The notes under the pieces were generated by a model. It was not told where the DNA came from and did not search any database. It saw only the letters and a list, made by a program, of their open reading frames with translations. Source: Occultella glacieicola (GTDB lineage Bacteria; Actinomycetota; Actinomycetes; Actinomycetales; Beutenbergiaceae). Taken from it: a stretch of 23,769 bases of DNA. This document shows, piece by piece, positions 7,927-17,127 of the stretch (its first letter is position 1; each line of letters opens with the position of its first letter). The stretch covers positions 496,001 through 519,769 of the forward strand of contig NZ_SMNA01000004.1 in the NCBI RefSeq assembly GCF_004353825.1, in the 5' to 3' direction. Position numbers and translations under genes: made by a program.

Positions 7927-9579
7927 ATGACACGCCGCAACAGGACCGCGACGGCGATCGTCGCCGTCGGCGGGCTGGCCCTCACCCTCGGCGCCTGCGC
8001 GCCGCAGGCCGCGGAGCCCGTCGACGACGGCGTCATCACCATCTTCAGCCAGCAGGGCGCGGACTCGGATCTCAACACCAACGAGTTCACCCTCTTCCTC
8101 GAGGAGGAGTTCGACGTCGACCTGCAGTTCGAGACCACCACCTGGGATGCCGGCGCCGCGTCCGAGGCGCGCCAGATCGCCCTGGCGAGTGGCGACTACC
8201 CGGACGCGTTCCTGTTGATCCCGTGGGTCGACCAGTTCACCCAGGCCGAACTGGTCAAGTTCGGCGAGCAGGGCGTGGTCCGGCCGCTGAACGACCTGCT
8301 CGAGGACAACGCACCGAACCTGGTCGCGGCGTGGGAGGAGACTCCCGAGTGGGAGCAGCTCGCGACCGCACCGGATGGCAACGTCTGGGGTCTGCCGCAG
8401 TGGAACGACTGCTTCCACTGCACCTACCCGTCGAAGCTCTGGATGAACTCCGCATGGCTGGACGCGGTCGGGATGGAGCAACCGACGACCCCGGAGGAAC
8501 TCACCGCGGTGCTGACCGCGTTCCGGGACTCCGACCCGAACGGCAACGGCCAGGCGGACGAGGTCCCGCTCTCCGGGTCGCCCGGCGCGAACTCGGTGCT
8601 GCCGTTCCTGATGAATCCGTTCGTCTACGTGCCCTCCTCCACCACCGACGGCTCGATCCCGGCCACGCTCGCACTCGATGGCGACACGGTCACCCTGCAG
8701 GCCACCCTCGACGGCTGGCGTGAGGGGCTGGGCTACATGAACTCCCTCTACGAGGAGGGCCTGGTCGACGAGGCGGCGTTCACGCAGAACCAGGACGCGC
8801 TGCTGGCCCTGGGCGACATCGCCGGGGACCCGATCCTCGGGGCCGCGACGGTCGGCCACCCCGGCGTGTTCGTCACCATCGGGCAGGAGGACGGCCGCGA
8901 CGCGCAGTACAACCCGGTCGCCCCGCTGGCCGGTCCGAACGGGTCGCCCGCCTCGGAGCTGCTCTCGTCGGTGCCGGGCGGAACGCTCGTCATCACGAAC
9001 AACGCCAGTGACGCCGACGCCGCGAGCCTGGTGCAGATCGTGGACTGGATGATCGACTACGACAACCACCTCCGGGCCGAGTGGGGCGAGGAGGGTGTCG
9101 CCTGGGACTACCCGGCCGAGGGTGACGTCGCGCTCGACGAGTCGCTCGAGCCGCTGTACCTGCGGCACCGGCTCAGCGGCGCCGAGGCGACCGAGAACGC
9201 CAACGTGGCCTGGGGTCCGCTCGCGCAGTACTACGGCAGCACGGAGTTCCGTGGCGCACAGGTGGTGTCCGAGGACATCTACGACCTGTCCGGGTACGAG
9301 CGTCGCCTGTTCGAGGCCACCGAGCCGTACGCCGAGAACAGCCCGACCGAGGCGTTCCCGTACTGGAACCTCTGGATCCCCGAGGAGGACTCCGCCGAGC
9401 TGGCGACGGCGCAGACCAACGTCGAGTCGCTGGTGCTGCAGGCCAGCGCCGAGTTCGTGACCGGCGTGCGCGACATCGACAGCGACGCGGACTGGCAGGC
9501 CTTCCAGGACGCGCTCGTCTCGAGCGGGAGCGACCGGTACCTGGAGATCTACCAGGCAGCCTGGGACGCCTCGAACTGA
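7927..9579 (+). CDS. Oligosaccharide ABC transporter substrate-binding lipoprotein (LplA-like, 550 aa)
   Basis: ATG at 7927 after GAGAGG. Signal peptide MTRRNRTATAIVAVGGLALTLGAC ends in a lipobox Cys. Contains LASGDYPD and DPNGNGQADEVP, the latter resembling a Ca-binding loop. Confidence 0.92.
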   Translation: MTRRNRTATAIVAVGGLALTLGACAPQAAEPVDDGVITIFSQQGADSDLNTNEFTLFLEEEFDVDLQFETTTWDAGAASEARQIALASGDYPDAFLLIPWVDQFTQAELVKFGEQGVVRPLNDLLEDNAPNLVAAWEETPEWEQLATAPDGNVWGLPQWNDCFHCTYPSKLWMNSAWLDAVGMEQPTTPEELTAVLTAFRDSDPNGNGQADEVPLSGSPGANSVLPFLMNPFVYVPSSTTDGSIPATLALDGDTVTLQATLDGWREGLGYMNSLYEEGLVDEAAFTQNQDALLALGDIAGDPILGAATVGHPGVFVTIGQEDGRDAQYNPVAPLAGPNGSPASELLSSVPGGTLVITNNASDADAASLVQIVDWMIDYDNHLRAEWGEEGVAWDYPAEGDVALDESLEPLYLRHRLSGAEATENANVAWGPLAQYYGSTEFRGAQVVSEDIYDLSGYERRLFEATEPYAENSPTEAFPYWNLWIPEEDSAELATAQTNVESLVLQASAEFVTGVRDIDSDADWQAFQDALVSSGSDRYLEIYQAAWDASN

Positions 9580-9592
9580 CGAGGTGCCCCCG

Positions 9593-9628
9593 GACGGCGG
9601 CCCGGCGCGATGCGTCCGGGCCGCCGTC
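9593..9628 (+). terminator. GC-rich stem-loop after SBP1 (probable terminator or mRNA stabiliser)
   Basis: GACGGCGGCCCGG (9593-9605) is a perfect inverted repeat of CCGGGCCGCCGTC (9616-9628). There is no U-tract, which is common in actinobacteria. Confidence 0.65.
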
Positions 9629-9640
9629 GTGCACGCCGTC

Positions 9641-9724
9641 AGGCAGGGCCTCGCGCCGTGGGGCGGGCCGTGCTGCCCGAGGCAGTCGCCGGTGGCCAAC
9701 TGCTTCGGGTGAGACGTTCTGCCT
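9641..9724. repeat. Nested palindromic (REP-like) intergenic element
   Basis: Inner stem CCCGAGGCAGT (9676-9686) / ACTGCTTCGGG (9699-9709); outer arms AGGCAGGGC / GTTCTGCCT. Confidence 0.4.
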
Positions 9725-9758
9725 TGGTGGACGCATATCCATTCACTAGCGCACAGAC

Positions 9759-9788
9759 TTGACAGCCTTCGAGATCGCTGCCTACCAT
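9759..9788 (+). promoter_or_regulatory. Housekeeping-sigma promoter for ABC importer 2 and probably the downstream genes
   Basis: Consensus TTGACA (9759-9764)-N18-TACCAT (9783-9788). Confidence 0.7.
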
Positions 9789-9794
9789 CGCGGT

Positions 9795-9806
9795 TGAATC
9801 GCTTCA
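9795..9806. promoter_or_regulatory. LacI-family operator-like palindrome at the predicted transcription start
   Basis: TGAATCGCTTCA, i.e. TGAA-N-CG-N-TTCA, 6 nt after the -10 box. Confidence 0.65.
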
Positions 9807-9843
9807 CTTCATCCCCCGGCATCACCCGTTTCGAGGAGGAAAC

Positions 9844-11178
9844 ATGTCCGCAAGGATCCGCAGACGGCGGACGCGCCTGGTCCCCGCCCTGGCCGGGCTC
9901 GCCGCCCTGTCCATGGTCGCCGTGGCCTGTGCGCCCGCTGGTGGGAACGCCGGCGACGGCGGCGGTGACGCCGACGGCGGGGCCACCGAGTTCACGTTCC
10001 TGACCACCGTGGAGAACCCGCAGATCCGGGACGAGCTCACCCGGCTCAGCGAGAACCAGTGCTCCGCCGAGAACGAGGCGCTGCCGCTCGTGGTCGACAC
10101 CATCCCGCAGGCCGACGTGAACCAGCGGGTCTCCGTGCTGGCCAGCCAGGACGCGCTCCCGGTCATGTTCGTCTCGCCCACCAGCGAGTCCAAGGTCGGC
10201 GGCGACATGTACGAGTCCGGCGCGCTGCTCGACCTCGAGGAGACCCTGACCGACCTGGGGGCCTGGGAGGACGTGCTACCCGCGGCCGCCTCCACGGTGA
10301 ACACGATCTACGGGGACATGGTCTCGCTGCCGTTCCAGTACAACATCGAGGGCTTCTGGTACAACAAGGCGATCTTCGCCGAGAACGGTCTCGAGGTGCC
10401 CACCACCTGGGACGACTTCACCGAGGCCGCCGCGACGCTGCAGGAGGCCGGCGTGCAGCCGCTCACCGCCTCCGGCGGACAGGGCTGGACGATCACCCGG
10501 TACATCAGCACCTACCTGGCCCGGGCCCACGGCGTGGACGCCCTCGCCCAGGTGAGCGACGGGGCGGCGAGCTTCACCGACCCCGACTACCTGGTCGCCG
10601 CTCAGGAACTCGCCGGCCTCGGCGAGGCCGGCTACTTCGGCCAGGGCATCGTCTCCCGCGACATGGACACGGTCACGGCCGAGTTCTTCGGAGGCTCTGC
10701 CGCGATGATGTACAACGGCTCGTGGGTGCTCTCCAACGTCTACGACGAGGAGGACAACACCGTCGGCGTGGACAACATCGGCTTCTTCCCGTTCCCCGAG
10801 GTCACCGGCGGCGCCGGCAGCATCGACGACTACCCGGCCAACACCGGCACCGTGACCGCCGTGTCCGCGGCGCTGTACAACGACAAGGTCGGCGACTGGC
10901 TCGCGTGCATCGCCGAGAACTACGGCTCCAGCCTCCTGGAGAACCAGGGCGCGATCTCCGGGTTCGCGCAGAACACCGAGGTCGAGGGCGTCGAGCCGCT
11001 GGTCGCCGAGATCACCGAGCGGATGGCGAGCGCCGAGGATGCGGTGATCTGGCTCGAGGGGCCGTTCGGACAGCGCTTCGGCGACGCGGCCGGCCTGAGC
11101 GCGGGCAGCCTGGTCGACGGCGGGATCTCGCCCGAGGACTACATGGCCCAGATCCAGGACGCGGTCGAGGCGGAGTAA
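9844..11178 (+). CDS. Sugar ABC transporter substrate-binding lipoprotein (family 1)
   Basis: Strong RBS GAGGAGG. Basic N-terminus, hydrophobic stretch and lipobox VAVAC. Contains GFWYNKAIF, VPTTWDDF and AAMMYNGSW. Confidence 0.93.
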   Translation: MSARIRRRRTRLVPALAGLAALSMVAVACAPAGGNAGDGGGDADGGATEFTFLTTVENPQIRDELTRLSENQCSAENEALPLVVDTIPQADVNQRVSVLASQDALPVMFVSPTSESKVGGDMYESGALLDLEETLTDLGAWEDVLPAAASTVNTIYGDMVSLPFQYNIEGFWYNKAIFAENGLEVPTTWDDFTEAAATLQEAGVQPLTASGGQGWTITRYISTYLARAHGVDALAQVSDGAASFTDPDYLVAAQELAGLGEAGYFGQGIVSRDMDTVTAEFFGGSAAMMYNGSWVLSNVYDEEDNTVGVDNIGFFPFPEVTGGAGSIDDYPANTGTVTAVSAALYNDKVGDWLACIAENYGSSLLENQGAISGFAQNTEVEGVEPLVAEITERMASAEDAVIWLEGPFGQRFGDAAGLSAGSLVDGGISPEDYMAQIQDAVEAE

Positions 11179-11194
11179 CCGGACCGACCACCGA

Positions 11195-11261
11195 CGGTGG
11201 GTGCGCACACCACGCGGCGCACCCACCGCCGTCGGGCCCGAGCCTGTGACGGAGCCGTCAC
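11195..11261 (+). terminator. Intercistronic stem-loops after SBP2 (mRNA stabilisation or partial termination)
   Basis: CGGTGGGTGCGC (11195-11206) pairs with GCGCACCCACCG (11217-11228). A second palindrome is GTGACGG-AG-CCGTCAC (11246-11261). Confidence 0.55.
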
Positions 11262-11321
11262 GGCCCGCCCGGAACACAGACAGCGGCGGCCCGCGGGCCG
11301 CCAGACGCGGAAGGCGCACAC

Positions 11322-12221
11322 ATGAGGGACGTCCTCGGGGACCGGAAGGCGATCGTCATCCTGCTCGCCCCCGCGCTGGCCTTCTACACCCTGATCAAGC
11401 TCGTCCCGATCCTCTGGTCGCTCGGGCTCACGTTCTTCGACGGCAACGTGCTGCGCGGCTACGAGCCGGTCGGCTTCGACAACTTCACCCGCCTGGTCAA
11501 CGACGCGGTGTTCTGGGAGGCGACGGCGTTCACGCTCAAGTACGCGCTGGTCGCCACCGTGCTGCAGGTGGCCGCGGGCTACCTGTTGGCGATCCTGTAC
11601 GTGTTCGTGCTCCGCAAGGGGTCGGCGCTGCTGCGCACGGTCGTCTTCTTCCCGGTGATCCTGCCCACCGTGGCCGTCGGTGTGCTGTTCAAGCGACTGT
11701 TCGGGATCCACCCCACTCCAGGCCCGGTGAACTCGCTGATCGAGTCGTTCGGCGGCCAGTCGCTGGACTGGTTCGCGAGCGGTGACACCTCGTTCCTGGT
11801 GCTGATCCTCATGGACGTCTGGCGCTCGATGGGCTTCTTCGCCGTGCTGCTGTACGCCGGGCTGGTCGACATCCCGGAGGAGGTGATCGAGTCCGCCCGG
11901 ATGGACGGGGCCAAGGGGGCCCGGCTGATCCGGCACATCGTGCTGCCGCTGTCCCTGCCGGTGCTGTTGTCCGCGGTGGTGTTCGCGGTCAACTCCACGC
12001 TCAAGGTCTTCGACTCGATCCTGGCGGTCACGAACGGCGGCCCGGGCACCGAAACCCAACCACTGACCCTCTACATGTACCGCACCGTGTTCACCTACAA
12101 CGAGTACGGCTACGGCTCCACGCTCGCGCTCGCCCTGACCATCATCGCGTTCGCCGTGACGATCGTGATCTTCCGTTCCGCCCGCAAGGACGTCACCGCA
12201 GATAAGGCGGCCAGCCGATGA
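11322..12221 (+). CDS. Carbohydrate ABC transporter permease (MalF/UgpA-like)
   Basis: VGFDNF, EAA loop VIESARMDGAKG, and TNGGPGTET. Confidence 0.93.
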   Translation: MRDVLGDRKAIVILLAPALAFYTLIKLVPILWSLGLTFFDGNVLRGYEPVGFDNFTRLVNDAVFWEATAFTLKYALVATVLQVAAGYLLAILYVFVLRKGSALLRTVVFFPVILPTVAVGVLFKRLFGIHPTPGPVNSLIESFGGQSLDWFASGDTSFLVLILMDVWRSMGFFAVLLYAGLVDIPEEVIESARMDGAKGARLIRHIVLPLSLPVLLSAVVFAVNSTLKVFDSILAVTNGGPGTETQPLTLYMYRTVFTYNEYGYGSTLALALTIIAFAVTIVIFRSARKDVTADKAASR

Positions 12222-13123
12222 CCACCCTCGCCCCGGCCCGTCACCTGCCGCAGACGTCCGCTCCGGCGCCGCAGCGGCGGCGCACCGGCGGTGCCCGCCG
12301 GTTCCTCGCCCGGCTCCCGATCCGGCTGCTCGTGGTGGCGATCGTCGCCATCGAGGTGCTGCCGATGATCTGGATGCTGCTCAGCTCGTTCAAGACCCAG
12401 AACGAGTTCGTCACCGGGTCGGTGTGGGCGCTGCCGAGCTCGTGGGACTTCGGCAACTACATCGAGGCCTGGGTCACCGGGGACTTCGCCTCGAACGTGC
12501 GGAACTCGATCATCGCCACCGTGCCGGCCCTGTTCTTCCTCCTGCTGTTCGGGGTGGCGGCTGGGTTCGCGCTCGAGGTGATGGTCTGGAAGGGCCGCTC
12601 GACGATCCTGCTGATGTTCGTGGCCGGCATCATGATCCCCGGGCAGATGCTGCTCGTGCCGCTGTTCATCACCTACTTCAACCTGGGCCTGACCCAGACG
12701 ATCTGGCCGCTGATCCTCACCTACATCGCGATGGGGCTGCCGCTGACCGTGTTCATGATGGCCGCGTACTTCCGGGCCATCCCACGGGAGGTCTTCGAGG
12801 CCGCGACGATCGACGGCGCCGGGATGATCCGCTCGTTCTGGCTGATCGGGCTACCGATGATCTCCAACGCGATCCTGACCATCGGCCTGGTCCAGTTCTT
12901 CTCGATCTGGAACGACCTGCTCGTGGCGCTGACGTTCGTCACGAACCGGGATCTGGCCACCATCCAGGTGGGCCTGCTGAACTTCAGCGGCGAGTACGGT
13001 GCGATGCAGTACGGTCCGTTGTTCGCCGCGATCTGCCTGAACGTGTTCGGCACGCTCGCGGTGTTCCTGTTCCTCAGCAAGAAGATCATGGCGGGGATGG
13101 CTTCCGGTGCGCTCAAGGGCTGA
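12218..13123 (+). CDS. Carbohydrate ABC transporter permease (MalG/UgpE-like)
   Basis: ATGA overlap with the upstream gene; SSFKT, EAA loop IPREVFEAATIDGAG, and C-terminal GALKG. Confidence 0.93.
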   Translation: MTTLAPARHLPQTSAPAPQRRRTGGARRFLARLPIRLLVVAIVAIEVLPMIWMLLSSFKTQNEFVTGSVWALPSSWDFGNYIEAWVTGDFASNVRNSIIATVPALFFLLLFGVAAGFALEVMVWKGRSTILLMFVAGIMIPGQMLLVPLFITYFNLGLTQTIWPLILTYIAMGLPLTVFMMAAYFRAIPREVFEAATIDGAGMIRSFWLIGLPMISNAILTIGLVQFFSIWNDLLVALTFVTNRDLATIQVGLLNFSGEYGAMQYGPLFAAICLNVFGTLAVFLFLSKKIMAGMASGALKG

Positions 13124-14027
13124 CACACTCCTGACCCCGTCCCCGGTGACGCTCGGCACGTCCGGTCTCGGGCACGGGGCCGACGCCGCCGCCGACGCCG
13201 CAGACGTCGCTGCGGCCAGGGCCCTGCTCACCGGCGGTCACACCCTGATCGACACCGCGAACATGTACGGCGGCGGCCGCTCCGAGGTGATCCTCGGCCG
13301 GGCCATCGCCGAACTCGGCGGGGTCCCCGCCGGCGTGCAGGTGATCTCCAAGGCGGACCGGGACCTGGCCACCGGCACGTTCGACCGGGACCGGGTGCTC
13401 CGCTCGTTCGAGGAGTCCACCGCCAGGCTCGGCCTGGACACGCTGCCCCTGTATCAGTTGCACGACCAGTACACGATCACGTTCGCCGAGGCCATGGGGC
13501 CAGGCGGTGCCGTGCAGGCGCTCGTCGAGCTGCGCGAGCAGGGCGCCGTCGGAGCCATCGGCGTGGCCGCCGGCCCGACGGCGATGCTCGCCGACTACGT
13601 CCGCACCGGTGTGTTCGAGGTACTCCTGACCCACAACCGGTACACGCTCGTCGACCGCTCCGCGGCCGGCCTGATCGCCGAGGCCGCCGAGCGCGGCATG
13701 ACCGTGTTCAACGCCGCCCCGTTCGGGGGCGGACTGCTCGCCGCCGGTGCCCGCCCCGGCGCGACGTACGCCTACCGGGCCGCGCCGGACGCGTTGCTGG
13801 CCTGGGTGACCCGGCTCGAGGAACTCTGCGCCGGGTTCGGGGTGCCCGTGGCCGCCGTCGCCCTGCACTTCTCCGCTCGCAACCCCCGCGTCGCCTCGAC
13901 CGTGGTGGGCGTGCGCTCACCCGAGCGCCTCGCGCAGACGGACGCCCTGCTCGCCACCGAGGTGCCCGAGGAACTCTGGGCCGAGATCGACCGACTCGGC
14001 ACCCCGCCGTCGACCCTGGACGACTGA
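13107..14027 (+). CDS. Aldo/keto reductase, D-threo-aldose 1-dehydrogenase-like (L-fucose/L-galactose dehydrogenase type); start uncertain
   Basis: The AKR catalytic tetrad is visible: IDTANMYGGGRSE (D, Y), VISKA (K), LYQLHD (H). Also HNRYTLVDRSA, NAAPFGGGLLA and STVVG. Confidence 0.85.
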   Translation: MRSRADTLLTPSPVTLGTSGLGHGADAAADAADVAAARALLTGGHTLIDTANMYGGGRSEVILGRAIAELGGVPAGVQVISKADRDLATGTFDRDRVLRSFEESTARLGLDTLPLYQLHDQYTITFAEAMGPGGAVQALVELREQGAVGAIGVAAGPTAMLADYVRTGVFEVLLTHNRYTLVDRSAAGLIAEAAERGMTVFNAAPFGGGLLAAGARPGATYAYRAAPDALLAWVTRLEELCAGFGVPVAAVALHFSARNPRVASTVVGVRSPERLAQTDALLATEVPEELWAEIDRLGTPPSTLDD

Positions 14028-14031
14028 ACCC

Positions 14032-17000
14032 ATGCAGACCACCACCGGCGCCGCCCGCGCCGCTGCCCCGACCGTGCCCGCCGCCGACCCGGCTGGGTCG
14101 CGCGTGCTCCCGTACCACGACGATCCGGTGCCCGGTGCGGGCCGGCGCCGACCCCGCGCGCAGTTCGCCTCGGACGCCGCGAGCCTGAGCCTGAACGGTG
14201 ACTGGGCCTTCACCCTCGCCCCGACCGCCGCCGGGACCGGAACGGCACTGCCCGACCCGGACCTGGACGACTCCGGCTGGGGCCGCATCGACGTGCCCTC
14301 GCACTGGGTGCTGCGCGGGCACGGCGACCCGCTCTACACGAACACCGCGTACCCGTTCCCGATCGACCCGCCGCACACCCCGACGGCGAACCCCACCGGG
14401 GACTACCGGCGCACCTTCACGCTGCCCGCCGGGTGGCGCGCCGAGGGCACCGTGCTGCGGTTCCAGGGTGTCGACTCCTGTGCCGCGGTGTGGCTCAACG
14501 GGGTGGAGCTCGGGCACTCCAAGGGCAGCCGGCTGCCGTTCGAGTTCGACGCCGGCGCCGCCCTGCGGCCGGGTCGCAACGTCCTCGCCGTGCGGGTGCA
14601 CCGGTGGTCCTCGGGCAGCTACCTCGAGGACCAGGACATGTGGTGGCTGCCCGGGATCTTCCGGGACGTGGAGCTGCTCGAGCGGCCCGCCGGTGCCCCG
14701 GACGACGTGTACGTGCACGCCGACTACGACCACCACACCGGAGCCGGCACCCTGCGGGTCGAGGCCACCGACGCCGTCGGCGTGGCGGTCGAGGCCCTGG
14801 TGGACGTCCCCGAGCTCGGGGTGAGGAACCTGCCCGCCGGCACCGCGGTCACGGTCGAGGGCGTGCAGCCGTGGAGCGCCGAGGTGCCCCGCCTGTACGC
14901 CGGCACGCTGCGCGCCGGCGCGGAGACCGTGGACCTGGCGATCGGGTTCCGCACGGTCAGCGTGGCCGGAGGCGTGCTGCGCGTGAACGGTGTGCGGGTG
15001 CACCTGCGCGGGGTGAACCGGCACGAGCACGACCCGGACCACGGTCGGGCCCTGAGCCTCGAGACGATGCGGACCGACATCCTCATGATGAAGGCGCACA
15101 ACATCAACGCCGTGCGCACCTCCCACTACCCCCCGCACCCGGAGTTCCTGCGCCTGTGCGACGAGCTCGGGCTGTGGGTGGTGGAGGAGTCGGACATCGA
15201 GACGCACGGGTTCATCTACGGCGGCTGGGCGGGCAACCCGCCGGACGAACCGGCCTGGACGCCCGCGCTGCTGGACCGCACCGCCCGGATGGTGGAGCGG
15301 GACAAGAACCACCCGTCCGTGATCATCTGGTCCCTCGGGAACGAGAGCGAGGGGGGCCGGGGCTTCGCCGAGATCGAGGAGTGGTTGCGCGAGCGGGACC
15401 CGAGCCGGCCGCTGCACTACGAGCGTGACCGCACCTACGCGCAGTCCGACTTCTACTCGCTCATGTACCCCTCCCTGGAGGACCTCGCCGCGATCGCCGA
15501 GCGCACCGAGGAGACCCCGGAGGCACTCGAGGAGGACGCCGAGGGTGAGCGCCGCCGTCGGGCGTTGCCGTTCCTGTTGTGCGAGTACGCGCACGCGATG
15601 GGCAACGGCCCCGGCTCGCTCGCGGACTACCAGGAGATCCTGGAGTCCTCGGACCGGATGGCCGGCGCGTTCGTGTGGGAGTGGATCGACCACGGGTTCC
15701 ACGGCCGCACCCCGGACGGGGTCGAGTACCTGCGCCACGGCGGCGACATCGACTACCGGCCCAACGGCGGCTCCTACTGCATCGACGGGCTGGTCCGCCC
15801 GGACCGGGTGCCCTCGCCGGGACTGCTCGAGCTCGCGAAGGTCCTGGAGCCGGTCCGGTTCGCGATCGACTCCGGCACCATCACGGTGCGCAACCACTAC
15901 GACGTGCTCTCCACCGACCACCTCGACTTCACCTGGGAACTCGCCCGGGACGGCGTTCCGGTCGCGGCCGGCCGGCTGGACGTGCCGGTGCTGGCGCCCG
16001 GGCAGGAGGTCCACCTGGGCCTGCCCGACGGCGCCGCCGGCACCGGTTCGCGCGGCGACGTGGGGGAGACCTGGCTGACCGTCTCGGCCCGGCTCGCGCG
16101 GGAAACACCGTGGGCCGACGCGGGCCATGAGGTCGGCTGGGGCCAGGCCCGGCTCGCCACGCCGCGACCCCCGGGGCTTGGGCAGAACGTTGCCGAGCCA
16201 GGAGGGCCTGAGGTTCTGCCCCGGGCGGACGGTGCTGCCCCGGCGGGTCAGGGGCAGGTGGTGGTGGGGTCGGCCGTCCTGGACGCCCGGACCGGGGAGC
16301 TCCTCACCCTCGGCGGACTGGAGGTGAGCGGGCTGCGCCTGGACGTCTGGCGCGCGCCCACCGAGAACGACAAGGGCCAGGGTGAGCTGAACAACCTCGC
16401 GAAGGTGTGGCGCGCGGTCGGGCTGGACCGGATGCTGCACTCGGTGCGCGACGTCGAGGCGGTCGACGGCGGAACCCGGGTCCGCGCCCGGCTCGCCCCG
16501 GCCACGCAGCCGTTCGGGCTCGACGTGGCGTACACCTGGACGGTGGCGGCCGCCCCGGTCCCGGCTGCGGGCCCGGCCGCGACCCTGACCGTGGACATCG
16601 CACCGTACGGCCCGTGGCACGAGACCCCGTACGGCAAGCACGAGGTGACCCTGCCCCGGCTCGGTGTGCGGCTCGGCCTGCCCGCGGCGCTGGCCCGGGC
16701 GACCTGGTTCGGGCCGGGGCCGGGGGAGTCGTACGTGGATTCCCGCGCCGCCGCGAGGGTGGGCCGGTACTTCTCGACCGTCGACGACCTCGGCTTCGAG
16801 TACGTGGTGCCCCAGGAGACCGGCAACCGTCACCTCGCTCGCTGGCTCGAACTCACCGGCGCCGGCACCCCCGGGCTGCGCGTGGACGGCTCCCCGACGT
16901 TCGACTTCACCGCCCGGCGCTGGTCCACGGAGGCCCTGGTCGCCGCGCGGCATCCGCACGACCTGCGCCCCGAGGACCGCCTGTACCTGCACCTCGACCT

Positions 17001-17127
17001 GGCCCAGCACGGACTCGGCAGCTCGTCCTGCGGGCCCGCCACGCCCGACCGGTACCGGATCCACCCCGAGCCCACCCGGTTCTCGCTGACGTTCAGCGTC
17101 CCGACCCAGAAGGAGCAGCAGCCATGA
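14032..17127 (+). CDS. Glycoside hydrolase family 2, LacZ/EbgA-type beta-galactosidase (cytoplasmic)
   Basis: Motifs SYLEDQDMWWLPGIFRDV, GVNRHEH, NAVRTSHYP, RDKNHPSVIIWSLGNES (acid/base Glu) and LCEYAHAMGN (nucleophile Glu). C-terminal small-chain domain with WRAPTEND, GPGESYVD and PQETGN. Confidence 0.95.
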   Translation: MQTTTGAARAAAPTVPAADPAGSRVLPYHDDPVPGAGRRRPRAQFASDAASLSLNGDWAFTLAPTAAGTGTALPDPDLDDSGWGRIDVPSHWVLRGHGDPLYTNTAYPFPIDPPHTPTANPTGDYRRTFTLPAGWRAEGTVLRFQGVDSCAAVWLNGVELGHSKGSRLPFEFDAGAALRPGRNVLAVRVHRWSSGSYLEDQDMWWLPGIFRDVELLERPAGAPDDVYVHADYDHHTGAGTLRVEATDAVGVAVEALVDVPELGVRNLPAGTAVTVEGVQPWSAEVPRLYAGTLRAGAETVDLAIGFRTVSVAGGVLRVNGVRVHLRGVNRHEHDPDHGRALSLETMRTDILMMKAHNINAVRTSHYPPHPEFLRLCDELGLWVVEESDIETHGFIYGGWAGNPPDEPAWTPALLDRTARMVERDKNHPSVIIWSLGNESEGGRGFAEIEEWLRERDPSRPLHYERDRTYAQSDFYSLMYPSLEDLAAIAERTEETPEALEEDAEGERRRRALPFLLCEYAHAMGNGPGSLADYQEILESSDRMAGAFVWEWIDHGFHGRTPDGVEYLRHGGDIDYRPNGGSYCIDGLVRPDRVPSPGLLELAKVLEPVRFAIDSGTITVRNHYDVLSTDHLDFTWELARDGVPVAAGRLDVPVLAPGQEVHLGLPDGAAGTGSRGDVGETWLTVSARLARETPWADAGHEVGWGQARLATPRPPGLGQNVAEPGGPEVLPRADGAAPAGQGQVVVGSAVLDARTGELLTLGGLEVSGLRLDVWRAPTENDKGQGELNNLAKVWRAVGLDRMLHSVRDVEAVDGGTRVRARLAPATQPFGLDVAYTWTVAAAPVPAAGPAATLTVDIAPYGPWHETPYGKHEVTLPRLGVRLGLPAALARATWFGPGPGESYVDSRAAARVGRYFSTVDDLGFEYVVPQETGNRHLARWLELTGAGTPGLRVDGSPTFDFTARRWSTEALVAARHPHDLRPEDRLYLHLDLAQHGLGSSSCGPATPDRYRIHPEPTRFSLTFSVPTQKEQQP

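Noticed and set aside
7795..9825. 676-aa minus-strand ORF
   Set aside because: Antisense to the SBP1 lipoprotein gene; no family features.
13708..17064. 1118-aa minus-strand ORF, also 16830..18212 and 18219..19958
   Set aside because: Antisense shadows of GH2 and GH78.
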